Below, piece after piece: positions 38,600 to 48,982 of a stretch of 64,000 bases of DNA. This DNA is from an uncultured delta proteobacterium. GTDB taxonomy: Bacteria > Desulfobacterota > Desulfomonilia > Desulfomonilales > Desulfomonilaceae. The stretch is from assembly GCA_963789265.1 (NCBI GenBank), contig CAWBKB010000001.1, positions 32,001 through 96,000 on the forward strand. The letters are read 5' to 3'. The notes below the pieces were generated by a model. It was given only the letters and a program-made list of their open reading frames with translations, had not been told where the DNA came from and made no database searches. Both the position numbers and the translations under genes were made by a program. Numbering within the stretch: the first letter of the stretch is position 1; each line of letters opens with the position of its first letter.

Positions 38600-40606
38600 C
38601 TAAATGATTAGAGCCATATCAAAGCCCACTCTAACCGCGGTCGAAATTTTTCCTATTTCTTTGGCATCTCCTATCACCACAACATTGGTCCGGTCTGAGT
38701 TCACGGATCTCGCAAGATCATTCACTGGTACAGTGCCTGTAGCAACAATGACCGTATCAGCCGGAATCGATTCCGTTCCGGTATCAGTTTCTATGCGCAC
38801 ACATTTCTTGGCAATTTCGATGATTCTCGTCCTCGTTCGAATGCGCACCCCCGTGAGCTCGAGATTCTTAAGGAGTGACCAGCGAGTGCTTATACCAACA
38901 TTTGTTGCCGGGCGTTCGGTAATTTCGATGACCGTTATCTGTCGTCCACCCTCGTAAAGCAGTGCACGGAGTTGCTCTATGTTGTCAGCGGAATGGTACG
39001 CTAAGAAGGTAAACGCCTCTGCGGTCAACACGCCGAGATTGGCCACCAATAACGCCGTTTCACAGCCTGTAGCTCCACCGCCTATTATCACTACTCGCTT
39101 TCCGATATCAGACACGGTGCCGCAGAGCACATCCCAGGCATTTATGACATCAGAGCTATCCATTCCCGGAATATCCAATTTCGCCGGCTTGGCTCCGGTG
39201 GCAACAATCAGAACGTCCGGCCGCTCGGATTCGATTATTTCCGGGGTCAGCGACGTATTAAGCTTTATTTTGACGCTCGACGATGCCAAACGATTCTCAA
39301 GGCTAGTCACAGCTTCCAGATACAAGCCTTTTCCAGGCAGAGGACCGATTAGGTTTATCTGCCCTCCCAATTTGTTATCGTTTTCGTACAAAGTAATATC
39401 ATGGCCTCTTCTGCTGGCGATAAGGGCAAACTCCATACCTGCAGGGCCTCCACCGGCTACGAAAATCCGCTTTCTTACATCGGTTTCTCGGATTTCCGTC
39501 TCCGCTTCACGACCTACGCGAGGATTTAGAGTGCAGCACACGGCTGAGCCAGTAAAGATTGCATCGATACATCCCTGATTGCAGCCTATACAGGGCACTC
39601 TCTCTTGTTGTCGGCCGGTTCTAACCTTTATAGGAAGATTAGGGTCGGCGATGAGAGGTCTCCCCCAGCAGATCATATCCGCGGCTCCAGAGCGCAAGGC
39701 CCTTTCCGCCACCATGGGGTCCCCCAAACGATTTGAGGCAAAAACGGGGACCCCGACTTTCTCCTTTATTGCACGAGACAGGTACAGGTAGGCACCTGGC
39801 GGAACTTCACTGGTCACTTGCGGAACCTTTGTCTCATGCCATCCACCGGTAACATTGATGCCGTTGACTCCCGCCTTTTCGGCCTCTATGCAAAAGAGGG
39901 AAGACTCGGCAAGCGTATTTCCACCGTTGACGAAATCCTGTCCCGAGACCCTGATCCCCATAGGAAAGTCCTCTCCCAGGGCAATTCTCACTCGTTCTAT
40001 TACTTCAAGCCCGAAGCGCATTCTTTTCTCGATGGACCCTCCATATTCATCTGTTCTATGGTTGGTCACCGGAGACAGAAATTCTCCAATAAGATAGCTG
40101 CCGCCTGCCAAGACTTCGACATAATCAAATCCTGCCGCCTTGGCGCGCAATGCCGCCTTCACATAGGCTTCCTGGACCTCGGCTATATCGTCTTTTGTCA
40201 TCGCGCGAGGCAATTCTCCACTTAGCGGATTGGCTATGGCGGATGGGGCAATTGGCTTCATTCCAGTTATCTTTTCAGAAGCGTTGCGACCCTGCTGCAT
40301 GAGCTGTATACCGATTTTGGCTTCGGCGGTGTCATGAAGCTCATTAATGTATTCGAGAAACGGGCCTACAAAGGAGTCGTCAAAAAGACCGAGTATAAGG
40401 GGAGAGCTACCGATCCTGTCAATGGCCACGGGACCGATTGTCATGAGGCCGACTCCCCCCTTTGCTCTTTCTCGGTAGAAGGCCTTATAACGATCCGTTA
40501 GGCTGTAATCGTGAGTATAGAAGAGTGCCATGGCCGGCATGACTATTCTGTTTCTTAACGAAAGCCGATTGATATCAATCGGCTCAAAGAGCTTTACAAA
40601 TTCCAT
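38600..40606 (-). CDS. OYE-family FMN/[4Fe-4S]/FAD oxidoreductase (2,4-dienoyl-CoA reductase-like)
   Basis: LRNRIVMPAM, TGGWHE, CIGCNQGC...C, GGGPAG. Confidence 0.92.
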   Translation of the reverse strand: MEFVKLFEPIDINRLSLRNRIVMPAMALFYTHDYSLTDRYKAFYRERAKGGVGLMTIGPVAIDRIGSSPLILGLFDDSFVGPFLEYINELHDTAEAKIGIQLMQQGRNASEKITGMKPIAPSAIANPLSGELPRAMTKDDIAEVQEAYVKAALRAKAAGFDYVEVLAGGSYLIGEFLSPVTNHRTDEYGGSIEKRMRFGLEVIERVRIALGEDFPMGIRVSGQDFVNGGNTLAESSLFCIEAEKAGVNGINVTGGWHETKVPQVTSEVPPGAYLYLSRAIKEKVGVPVFASNRLGDPMVAERALRSGAADMICWGRPLIADPNLPIKVRTGRQQERVPCIGCNQGCIDAIFTGSAVCCTLNPRVGREAETEIRETDVRKRIFVAGGGPAGMEFALIASRRGHDITLYENDNKLGGQINLIGPLPGKGLYLEAVTSLENRLASSSVKIKLNTSLTPEIIESERPDVLIVATGAKPAKLDIPGMDSSDVINAWDVLCGTVSDIGKRVVIIGGGATGCETALLVANLGVLTAEAFTFLAYHSADNIEQLRALLYEGGRQITVIEITERPATNVGISTRWSLLKNLELTGVRIRTRTRIIEIAKKCVRIETDTGTESIPADTVIVATGTVPVNDLARSVNSDRTNVVVIGDAKEIGKISTAVRVGFDMALII

Positions 40607-40643
40607 AGTAGCAGACCTTGTGTTGGGAGCTGTTGCCTGGATC

Positions 40644-40663
40644 ATGACTGAGCCGCCAGTCAT
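40644..40663. promoter_or_regulatory. Putative TetR operator TGACTG-N6-CAGTCA
   Basis: ATGACTGAGCCGCCAGTCAT, 38 bp upstream of the minus-strand OYE start; same motif at 42207. Confidence 0.7.
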
Positions 40664-40919
40664 CTCGCTTAGCACATGTCAAGGTTGCCGGTCAAGCGTT
40701 TCTTCGAATGGCGTCCACCGAGACCGTAGGGACATAGCTGAGCCGATATCCTATTTTTCCAGCTTATTGCCCGGATTTTGGTTGCACTTCGTCCTCTTTT
40801 TTATTTACGTCGCCGTTTTCGGCTTGCCTTCACAAGTAAAGAGAATTAGATTGTTCGTGTAATCAATTCTGACTTTCAGGTCACCTCATGGAAATTTTGA
40901 CCAAAAAGGGGATCTTCTC

Positions 40920-41952
40920 GTGACAGAACTAAGGCAAATGCTCGATAAAGGGCTCCTAACGCGCGACGACGCGTCCGACCCGGAAGTCGGTGCCGGGCAG
41001 AATGAACGACCGGTGGAAACGGAGGTCTCGGACTTACAGCAGGCCAAGAGGCTGCAAATTATAGACAAATCAATTGCTTTGTTTTCCCAATTCGGTTACG
41101 ACGCCGTCAAAGTAAGTGATATCACTTCCGCGTCTTCAGATGGGCAAGGGCACCTTTTATCTCTATTTCAAGAATAAAAGAGAACTTCTGCTTGCCTGCT
41201 TCGACCGGCTATATTGGCTCTTGGTCCCTCTGGAAATGTGGGATGTGATTCGGAATGAAACGGACATCTTCCTCAAGTTGCGCCACAGGTGGGTGGGGGG
41301 GAATGAGAAGTATTCCACATTCGCGGGAGTGCTGAGCCTCATTAGGACTTCGTGTTTTTGGGACGAAGGGGAGGTGAAGGAAAATGCGAGAAAGGCCTAC
41401 GATGTAATTATTGCGCCCATCAGGAAAGATGTGGAAGAAGCAATCGCCAACGGCATAATCCGGCCTATGGATGCACAACTGGCTTCTCACGCGGTTCTCG
41501 GAATTATGGAAGGCGTCTCTTTTTTATTGAGCCTGGACCCGAGATTCTCTAATGAAGAAGGAGCGGATTTTATCTACACCTTTGTGAGATCCGCCTTAAG
41601 TGAAAATAAATCGGCCGAAGTTGTGCAGAAAGCTGGGCAGGATTTGCGTGCAACGATAACAGACGTGAATGGTGTGGTCATCGAGTTGACCGACGTCTGC
41701 TTCAACGGGTCACCTTACCTGGCCGGAAGATTAGGTGATGCTGAAATAAGTGTAGACCTGTGGCGACTTTCAAGTATCAGGCCGGGGATTGCAGATTCAA
41801 AGAAGATCGCCCTACTCACTGCGAATAATGGACAGGAGACGTCGCTCGAAATCGATGACAACATCTTGATTACTGGTGATACACCTTTTGGCGGCCTGCA
41901 AATTCCCTTCGAGAGAGTCCTTCAAATATCTTTCCAAGCGCAACAACCTTGA
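40920..41952 (+). CDS. TetR-family regulator with an extra C-terminal domain; apparent frameshift near 41130
   Basis: IIDKSIALFSQFGYDAVKVSDIT in one frame continues as LQMGKGTFYLYFKNKRELL in another; start uncertain. Confidence 0.82.
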
Positions 41953-42167
41953 TTCATACCTGGAAACCACTATAGGCCGGCTTTCTCTATCCTCTGCAAT
42001 GTGTGTGTAGGGTTGGGCTGACCGGCCATTCAGTGTTGTCTGGCCCAGTTTTCCAACTTCAGAATTGTGCCCCATCCCAGCTTGATCATCAGACCTAGCG
42101 ATATCTTCTGTAATTGCTGGGCATTATCACTCAAGGAAAACTTTTATAGTGATCGCCCAAAAAGTTC

Positions 42168-42224
42168 TTGACAGGGTAGCTCAACGCCAGCTAATGTATC
42201 GGAACCTGACTGGGACGTCAGTCA
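42168..42224 (+). promoter_or_regulatory. Sigma-70-type promoter followed by a putative TetR operator
   Basis: TTGACA (42168) -18 bp- TAATGT (42192), then TGACTGGGACGTCAGTCA (42207-42224). Confidence 0.65.
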
Positions 42225-42329
42225 CCACAATGCTCTGCGATAGGCTCTGTCCGATGGTGCTCGATCCTACCATTCTTACGCTGTTTTCCCCTTTTGAGGC
42301 CGGTTCTTTCGTCGCGGGAAGGAGGAACG

Positions 42330-43880
42330 ATGTTCACTCTCGGTGATATCCCGCGACGAAGTGCTCGCCTATACGCTAACAAAGAAGCGCTGGTATTCGG
42401 AAACCATCGGCTTACCTTCGGTCAGTTTGACCAAAGAGTCAACCGCGCAGCCAACGCCCTTTTGAGTCTGAAATGCCAGAAAGGCCAGCGCATAGCCATT
42501 CTTTCGGAAAACAGCCACAAGTACCTTGAAGTCTATTTTGCCGCAGCCAAAGCGGGTCTCGTCGTAGTACCTTTGAACTTCAGGCTTTCCGCAAACGAGC
42601 TTCTTCAGATTGCCGGCGATTCCGAACCCGTCGTATTCCTGGCGGGCGAAGGCTACGAAAACATCGCATCGAGCATCGGGCGGCTATTACCGAGCATTCG
42701 CGTATGGATTGGTCTCGATAATCCGGTCGAAGGATGCTTCCTCTATGAAGACCTTTTGCAAGGTGCTTCTGATTCAGATCCTCGAATTTCGGTAGATGAG
42801 AATGAACTTGCAGTCTTGATGTACACCGGCGGAACCACCGGCCAACCCAAGGGGGTCATGCTCTCTCACAGAAACCTCCTCTCGGCAACTCTCGGAATGG
42901 CTCTGGGATTTCAGTTCAACGAATTTGACACTACTTGCATGTTTTTGCCTCTTTTTCACGCCTCAATCTGGCCGGTTTTCGTATGCATGATGGTCGGTGG
43001 AAGCGTCGTGTTGCTGAAGCGCCCTGACCTTGAAGTCATTCTTCAGGTTATTCAGGATGAAAAATGCACACATATGAATGCAGTTCCTACTGTCTATAAC
43101 TGGCTCATGGACTATCCTGGGCTGGACAATTACGACCTGTCGAGCCTTCGCCTCATTATTTATTCCGGCAGCCCGATGCCCCTGGAAATCCTCAGGCGGT
43201 GCATCAACAAGTTCGGCAACATTATGGCCCAAGGCTACGGGCTCACTGAAGCGGCTCCGCTTGTGACAATGCTCATGCCGCATGACCACGTTTTGGAAGG
43301 TCCCAGATCGAGGTTGTTAATGAGCGCCGGTAGAGAATCGGTACCGGTTGAGGCGAGTGTTGTAGGTGTGGATGGAAAACCTCTAAAGCCAGGCGAGGTC
43401 GGCGAAATAGCCGTCCGCGGGCCTAATATCACGACCGGGTACTGGAAGAACGAGAAGCTTACAAAAGACAAGATACGGGACGGATGGCTGCATACCGGTG
43501 ACGTGGGGAAGTTCGATGAAGAAGGATATCTCTATCTCATTGATCGCAAGGCCGACATGATCGTCACCGGCGGTGAAAACGTCTACCCCACGGAAACGGA
43601 AAATGTTCTCTACCAGCACCCGGCCGTCCACGAGTGCGTAGTTGTTTCGGCGCCCGACAACCGATGGGGGGAACGGGTTCAGGCGGTTGTGGTGTTGAAA
43701 GCTGGAGCCACCGCAAAAGAAGAGGAATTGATCGCCTTCAGCAAGGAAAGATTGGCTGGGTATAAATGCCCAAAGAGAATCGAATTCTGGGAGACGATTC
43801 CCAAGAGCCCTGTCGGCAAATTGCTTCGCAAAGATGTGAAAAGAGAGTTCTGGAAGGAGATGGAAAGAAGCATCAGTTAG
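42330..43880 (+). CDS. Acyl-CoA synthetase (AMP-forming)
   Basis: YTGGTTGQPKG, YGLTE, TGD, PKSPVGK. Confidence 0.94.
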   Translation: MFTLGDIPRRSARLYANKEALVFGNHRLTFGQFDQRVNRAANALLSLKCQKGQRIAILSENSHKYLEVYFAAAKAGLVVVPLNFRLSANELLQIAGDSEPVVFLAGEGYENIASSIGRLLPSIRVWIGLDNPVEGCFLYEDLLQGASDSDPRISVDENELAVLMYTGGTTGQPKGVMLSHRNLLSATLGMALGFQFNEFDTTCMFLPLFHASIWPVFVCMMVGGSVVLLKRPDLEVILQVIQDEKCTHMNAVPTVYNWLMDYPGLDNYDLSSLRLIIYSGSPMPLEILRRCINKFGNIMAQGYGLTEAAPLVTMLMPHDHVLEGPRSRLLMSAGRESVPVEASVVGVDGKPLKPGEVGEIAVRGPNITTGYWKNEKLTKDKIRDGWLHTGDVGKFDEEGYLYLIDRKADMIVTGGENVYPTETENVLYQHPAVHECVVVSAPDNRWGERVQAVVVLKAGATAKEEELIAFSKERLAGYKCPKRIEFWETIPKSPVGKLLRKDVKREFWKEMERSIS

Positions 43881-43915
43881 CAGAGAGAACGATTAGCCCA
43901 TGAAAGGAGACACGC

Positions 43916-45274
43916 ATGTCAAACAACAGCTTCACTCATTTGCTTAGCCCTATCAAGATAGGTCCGTTCGAGCTTAAAAACCGGATCGCACTTGCCCCGA
44001 TGAACGAGACTATGGCAGGCCTCAACGGGGAGTGCACGATGCAGGAAATCGCCTATTACGCTACCCGTGCAAAAGGGGGAGCCGCACTAGTAACCACCGG
44101 CGCCATTATGGCCACCAGGCTGGGATCACGGTTTGTGTGGGGACGCAACATGCACTGCTTTAATCCCGGCCACCTTCAAGGCTTGGGAATGCTGACCACG
44201 CACATTCATTATTTTGGGGGCCTTGCCAGTGCGCAGATGAGCATGGGGTTCGGCCGCCAGGGGCATTCATATGACGAGCATGAGCTTGCACCCGCTCCCA
44301 CGGCAGGGCTTCCCTATGAAGCAGCCATGAATACCCAGACAAAGGGGCTCGAGAAAATTTTTGCCAAAAATGAGAGGGCCCGTGGGTTCCTTGTAGGCCA
44401 GATGACGCGGGAGATGAGCATATCCGAGATCCGAAGCGAACAAAAGGAATACGCTCAAAGCTGCCAGCTTGCAGTTGTCGCGGGTTTCGACATGATCGAA
44501 ATCCATGGGCCCCACGGCTACCTCGAGCATGAGTTCCTCTCTCCCCTTTCTAATAAGAGAACCGACATGTACGGCGGGGAATGGAGGAACCGCAAGCGCC
44601 TCATCAACGATACGATGGAGCAGGTGCGCTATGCCTGTCCCGGCGTGGCCGTAGGAGTTCGTATTAGCGCAGAAGAGCACGTTGAGGGCGGTTTGACGCG
44701 CGAGGAAATGATCGATGTGGCCAAGGACCTGGAAGCCCGAGGCGCTGACTTTATAAGCCTCTCCGATGGCGGGGGTTATGAAGAGACATCTCACCTGGTG
44801 GGGACGGAAGAAGCTGCTGCACACATCCCCGATGCAGGTGCAGATTTCAAAAAGGCTTTGAAAATTCCGGTCATCGTTGCCTCCCAGCACGATCCGGTAA
44901 AGGCCGATGCAGATATCGCCACCGGCAAATTCGATGTGTCCGCCATGGCTCGACAGTTGTTTTGCGATCCGGAGTTTGCCAACAAGCTTATGCAGGGGCG
45001 TGCCGATGAAATCGTTCGTTGCAAGAGATGCAATATGTGCCTTATGCGGTGCCTTTCGGGCATTACTCCTGAATGTCCTCAAAATCCTTGGCTTGGCAGG
45101 GAATATGCCGACCCCGACTACGGCTTTGGAGCCCGCAAAAAAGGCGAGTCTATACTGATGAAGGGTATGCAGAACGCACCGATGCCCGCACTGGAAAGAC
45201 CGTGGTGGAAACCCGAGGTCCCGCTGCTTGAAGAACACTGGAGAGCTTTCCGGGGTCCCGGTCCAAGGCAATAG
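43916..45274 (+). CDS. OYE-family flavin oxidoreductase (FMN barrel plus Cys cluster, no FAD/NADH domain)
   Basis: LKNRIALAPM, EIHGPHGYL, CKRCNMC...C; only 452 aa. Confidence 0.88.
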   Translation: MSNNSFTHLLSPIKIGPFELKNRIALAPMNETMAGLNGECTMQEIAYYATRAKGGAALVTTGAIMATRLGSRFVWGRNMHCFNPGHLQGLGMLTTHIHYFGGLASAQMSMGFGRQGHSYDEHELAPAPTAGLPYEAAMNTQTKGLEKIFAKNERARGFLVGQMTREMSISEIRSEQKEYAQSCQLAVVAGFDMIEIHGPHGYLEHEFLSPLSNKRTDMYGGEWRNRKRLINDTMEQVRYACPGVAVGVRISAEEHVEGGLTREEMIDVAKDLEARGADFISLSDGGGYEETSHLVGTEEAAAHIPDAGADFKKALKIPVIVASQHDPVKADADIATGKFDVSAMARQLFCDPEFANKLMQGRADEIVRCKRCNMCLMRCLSGITPECPQNPWLGREYADPDYGFGARKKGESILMKGMQNAPMPALERPWWKPEVPLLEEHWRAFRGPGPRQ

Positions 45275-45409
45275 TGGTTGAGTGTTTCGGTCCCCCTTCG
45301 CTGTTTCGCATGAGGGACCTGAGCACAATATTCCACTAAGCGCGACAGGAAGACGAGGCGAACTGGCAAGTTCATGTGGAGATTTGACCAAACAGTAGAG
45401 GAGCATCAA

Positions 45410-46423
45410 ATGACAATGGAGCTTAACCGGGATGACTTCTTCAAGATCGATCCGGAACCTCATTTGGTGGGAGATAGTGAGCCTTTCGAGTATTTTCCGG
45501 GTGTCAGACTGTGGTGGCACTCAATCGGAGCAATAACGCGGCCGATGATGCAGGGAATGCCAAAATCCTTTATGGAGACGCTTGAACCACACGAATTGAA
45601 GAAGAATGCCGATCCGGCCTCATTACTTAACGCCATGGACAAGTACGGGGTGGATATCGCCTGTCTATTGCCCGAATCCATGATGGACACAACGGGCTTT
45701 ACCGGTCGTTTTTGCAGTAACGGTGAAATGGCAAAGGTAGTCGAATCGAATCCCGACCGCTTCATGTATCAGCCTAACATCTCTCCCATCAAGTACAAGG
45801 GCGTCAAGAACACGATATGGGAACTCGAATACTGGGTAAAGGAGAAAGGCGCCAAGATCTTCAAGTACTACCCGCCCGAAGACACCCATATCAACGACCC
45901 TGACCTCTGGCCTTTCTACAAGAAGGCAGAGGAGTTGGATATCGTGCTGGATATACACACCGGCTTCGGCTGGTGTGCACCCGGAAAGTTCAACAACGGC
46001 CTTCCTGCCTACTTGGATGACGTGGCCCGCGACTTTCCGGAACTGAAAATCGTAGCCTTCCACATGGGATACCCTTATTGCGACGACCTCAACATGGTGG
46101 CAATGGCTCATAAGAATGTCTACGTCTGTATAAGCCTCGTCGTAACTTGGGCTCTTTCCTCTCCCCGTAAATTCGCCAAGATGCTCGGTGAGGCTATGCG
46201 ATGGGTAGGCCCCGACAAAATCATCTGGGGCAGCGACGATCCGGGGCTTCACATGCAGATGGCTTGCGCTGTCAGGGGCTTCAGGGATTTTGAGATACCG
46301 CAGGATTTGCAAGAGCAGTACGGCTATCCGGAGGTAACGGATGAAGATAAACGGAAAATTTTCGGTGAAAACCTTGGGAAACTTATGGGCATAGACACCT
46401 CGAAAAGAAGGGTTCCTGCATAA
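45410..46423 (+). CDS. Amidohydrolase_2 family metalloenzyme
   Basis: IDPEPH, LDIHTG, AFHMGYP, IIWGSDDP, KIFGEN. Confidence 0.88.
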   Translation: MTMELNRDDFFKIDPEPHLVGDSEPFEYFPGVRLWWHSIGAITRPMMQGMPKSFMETLEPHELKKNADPASLLNAMDKYGVDIACLLPESMMDTTGFTGRFCSNGEMAKVVESNPDRFMYQPNISPIKYKGVKNTIWELEYWVKEKGAKIFKYYPPEDTHINDPDLWPFYKKAEELDIVLDIHTGFGWCAPGKFNNGLPAYLDDVARDFPELKIVAFHMGYPYCDDLNMVAMAHKNVYVCISLVVTWALSSPRKFAKMLGEAMRWVGPDKIIWGSDDPGLHMQMACAVRGFRDFEIPQDLQEQYGYPEVTDEDKRKIFGENLGKLMGIDTSKRRVPA

Positions 46424-46462
46424 CTACTACAGTGTGGACGAATTGAAGGGAGACATGAGGTC

Positions 46463-47666
46463 ATGTCCAAGGCGGAGTTTGCAATCATAGGCACGGGCGA
46501 AGTCCCCTGTGGCATATACCCGCACAGAAGTGAGTTCGAAATAGCGTACAGGGTTGCCAAGCTGGCTATAGAAGACGCTGGGATCGACAAGAACGAAGTC
46601 GGGGCGGTGCTCAATGCAGCCCATATCATGGGTTCGGAGTTCAACACGGAGGCATTCTTCGGGCGTCTCCCGGAAGCCATTGGGGCCAAAGGCTGCAAAA
46701 TTGTGGCCACTACGGTTTCCGGGGGCGGATCGAGCTTTTCCATAAGGAAGACGGCCGAAGGCATCCTACACTCCGGTGAGACCGATTACGTTCTGGTTAT
46801 ACATGCCCAGCGTTTTTCCCAGTTTCCGGTCAACGAGCAAATAAACTTCTTTGCCCATGCCGGCTCCGATTTGGAATGGGAAGTCCCTTATGGCATGACC
46901 TACAACGCCCTCTCCGCCATGATGACCCAAGGCTACATGGCCTATACCGGGACAACTCTTGAACAGGTGGCAAGCGTATGCGTGGCTTGCCGGAAATGGG
47001 CAAATCTGCAGCCTAATGCCATGTTCTGGGACAAGATCCTCACAGTTGAGGACGTGCTTAATAGCCGAATGGTTGCATACCCCTTGACTGCACTGATGTG
47101 CAACGTCCTGGCCGACGGTGGATGCGCATACATCATGACCACTGCAAAAAAAGCAAAAGAGGTCTGTTCCAGGCCCGTGGACGGTACTGGGGGAAGGCTC
47201 CGACTTCAGCCATCGCAGCATCATAAATCTCAAAACCAAAGACCTCGACAAAATGTATGAATTCTATGCCCCCATTGCCCAAAAGGCCTATGAGCGTGCT
47301 GGCCTTGGACCGAAGGATATGGATATATATGAAGTCTATGGCGCTTATCCTATCACCTCCCTGATGTTTTTGGACTCGCTGGGCATCGTGGAGCCGGGAA
47401 AGTCCGGCGCACTCGTGGAATCAGGTCAGACTAGCCCTGGCGGGAAGTATCCAACTTCCACCAACGGGGAGGCAATGAGCTTCGGCCATACCGGTACGGG
47501 AGTCGGTTTTTCGGTTTTCGTGGAAGGTGTTCGTCAGCTTCAGGGCAAAGCTGGAAAGGCACAGGTTGAGGGTGCCCGATTCCTTATAGAAAATTGTGGC
47601 GGCGGCGCTTTCATGGACGCTCACTTCACCATTCTGGGCACCGAAATCCCGAGTCCTGGACTTTGA
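46463..47666 (+). CDS. Thiolase-fold protein lacking the catalytic Cys (Ltp2/aldolase-like); apparent +1 frameshift near 47180
   Basis: VSGGGSS at the Cys position, WEVPYG, then VLGEGS...EVYGAY...SFGHTG...RQLQG in the second frame. Confidence 0.82.
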
Positions 47667-47696
47667 ATCCCAACTCCACACCCAAGGAGCAAGGCA

Positions 47697-48152
47697 ATGA
47701 ATATGAAAGACACTCTCAAGCAGAAGTTGGGATGCACAGACAAAGATTTCATAAAGCCCCTACCTATGCCGGCGCCCTGGTCAAAACCTTTTTGGGAGGC
47801 CGCCAGGCAGCACAAATTGGTCCTCAAGAAATGTAAAGACTGCGGGCATATCGATCATCCCCCTTATCTCTACTGTACGTCTTGCTCCAGTGAGAATTGC
47901 GAGTGGGTCGAAGCGTGTGGCAAGGCTACGCTCTATGCCTACGCTGTGAACCTCTATGGAGTTCCTTTCGCGTTTATAGAAGATCTTCCCTATGTGCTGG
48001 CTCTGGTCGATCTCCCGGAAGGGCCTCGCATGATCTCGAACATTGTCGGCTGCGACCACAAGGATCTCAAGAACGGTATGGAGCTGGAGGTGGTCTTCGA
48101 TGATGTTTCGCAGGAAGTCACGCTCCCTAAATGGAAACCAGTTTCGAAGTAA
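47697..48152 (+). CDS. DUF35 zinc-ribbon/OB-fold protein
   Basis: PFWEA, CKDC, CTSC, PYVLALVDLPEGPRMISNIV. Confidence 0.92.
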   Translation: MNMKDTLKQKLGCTDKDFIKPLPMPAPWSKPFWEAARQHKLVLKKCKDCGHIDHPPYLYCTSCSSENCEWVEACGKATLYAYAVNLYGVPFAFIEDLPYVLALVDLPEGPRMISNIVGCDHKDLKNGMELEVVFDDVSQEVTLPKWKPVSK

Positions 48153-48164
48153 GGGGATGCACGC

Positions 48165-48971
48165 ATGGCAAAGCAGTACGAAAGACTCCTCTGTGAGCGT
48201 AAAGGCGTTGGGAAAGAAGCGTTATGGATCACCCTGAACAATGAAGAAATGCGCAACGCACTCGACGCCACGATGCAGCGAGAGTTGCTCGATGTCCTTA
48301 ATGAAATCGCCTTCGATCATAGTATCCGCTGTGTGGTAATTACAGGCGCAGGTGAAAAAACATTCTGCAGCGGCGGAGATATCAACGCATTTCAAGCGAT
48401 GAATCACCTGACTGGGTACGACAACATACGCCAGAGAGGCAATGCCATTCAGCAGCTTCTCAGCAATATGGAAAAACCGGTAATAGCCGCGGTAAACGGC
48501 CATTGTTATGCGGGCGGGCTAGAACTCGCGCTCATGTGCGACTTCATCTACGCCACTGAAAAATCTACCTTCGGGCTCGTGGAGATAAACCTGGGGCTTC
48601 TTCCTGCCTGGGGCGGGACAGTAGGGCTGCCCAGGGCGGTTCCAATCCGGCGGGCGAAGGAAATGATCTTTCGTGGCGAAGTCATTGAAGCCCACGAAGC
48701 TCATAAATGGGGCTTAGTAAATCGGCTTTTTGCCTCTCGCGATGAAATGATGAAAGAAATCGAAAAGGTTGTCGAAGAGATCATATCCAAACCCGCGATG
48801 GCTTTACGGGTGGCGAAGGCTATCGTGAACACGTCTATGTCTTGCAGCAGCCCGGATGCCATCATGTCGATCGAAAGAGGCAATATCATGTGGTTGTGGT
48901 CGTCTGAAGATTTGCAGGAAGGAGTCGCTGCTTTTGTGGAGAAGCGGAAACCCCAATTCAAGGGGCGATAA
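48165..48971 (+). CDS. Enoyl-CoA hydratase/isomerase family protein
   Basis: FCSGGD, AGGLELALMCD, EINLGLLP, EKRKPQFKG. Confidence 0.93.
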   Translation: MAKQYERLLCERKGVGKEALWITLNNEEMRNALDATMQRELLDVLNEIAFDHSIRCVVITGAGEKTFCSGGDINAFQAMNHLTGYDNIRQRGNAIQQLLSNMEKPVIAAVNGHCYAGGLELALMCDFIYATEKSTFGLVEINLGLLPAWGGTVGLPRAVPIRRAKEMIFRGEVIEAHEAHKWGLVNRLFASRDEMMKEIEKVVEEIISKPAMALRVAKAIVNTSMSCSSPDAIMSIERGNIMWLWSSEDLQEGVAAFVEKRKPQFKGR

Positions 48972-48982
48972 GGGAGTATTAA

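Noticed and set aside
44267..45520. 417-aa minus-strand ORF, and similar long antisense ORFs at 19556-20368, 21619-22590, 23607-24410 and 52028-52801
   Set aside because: Shadow frames opposite well-supported genes, with no recognisable motifs
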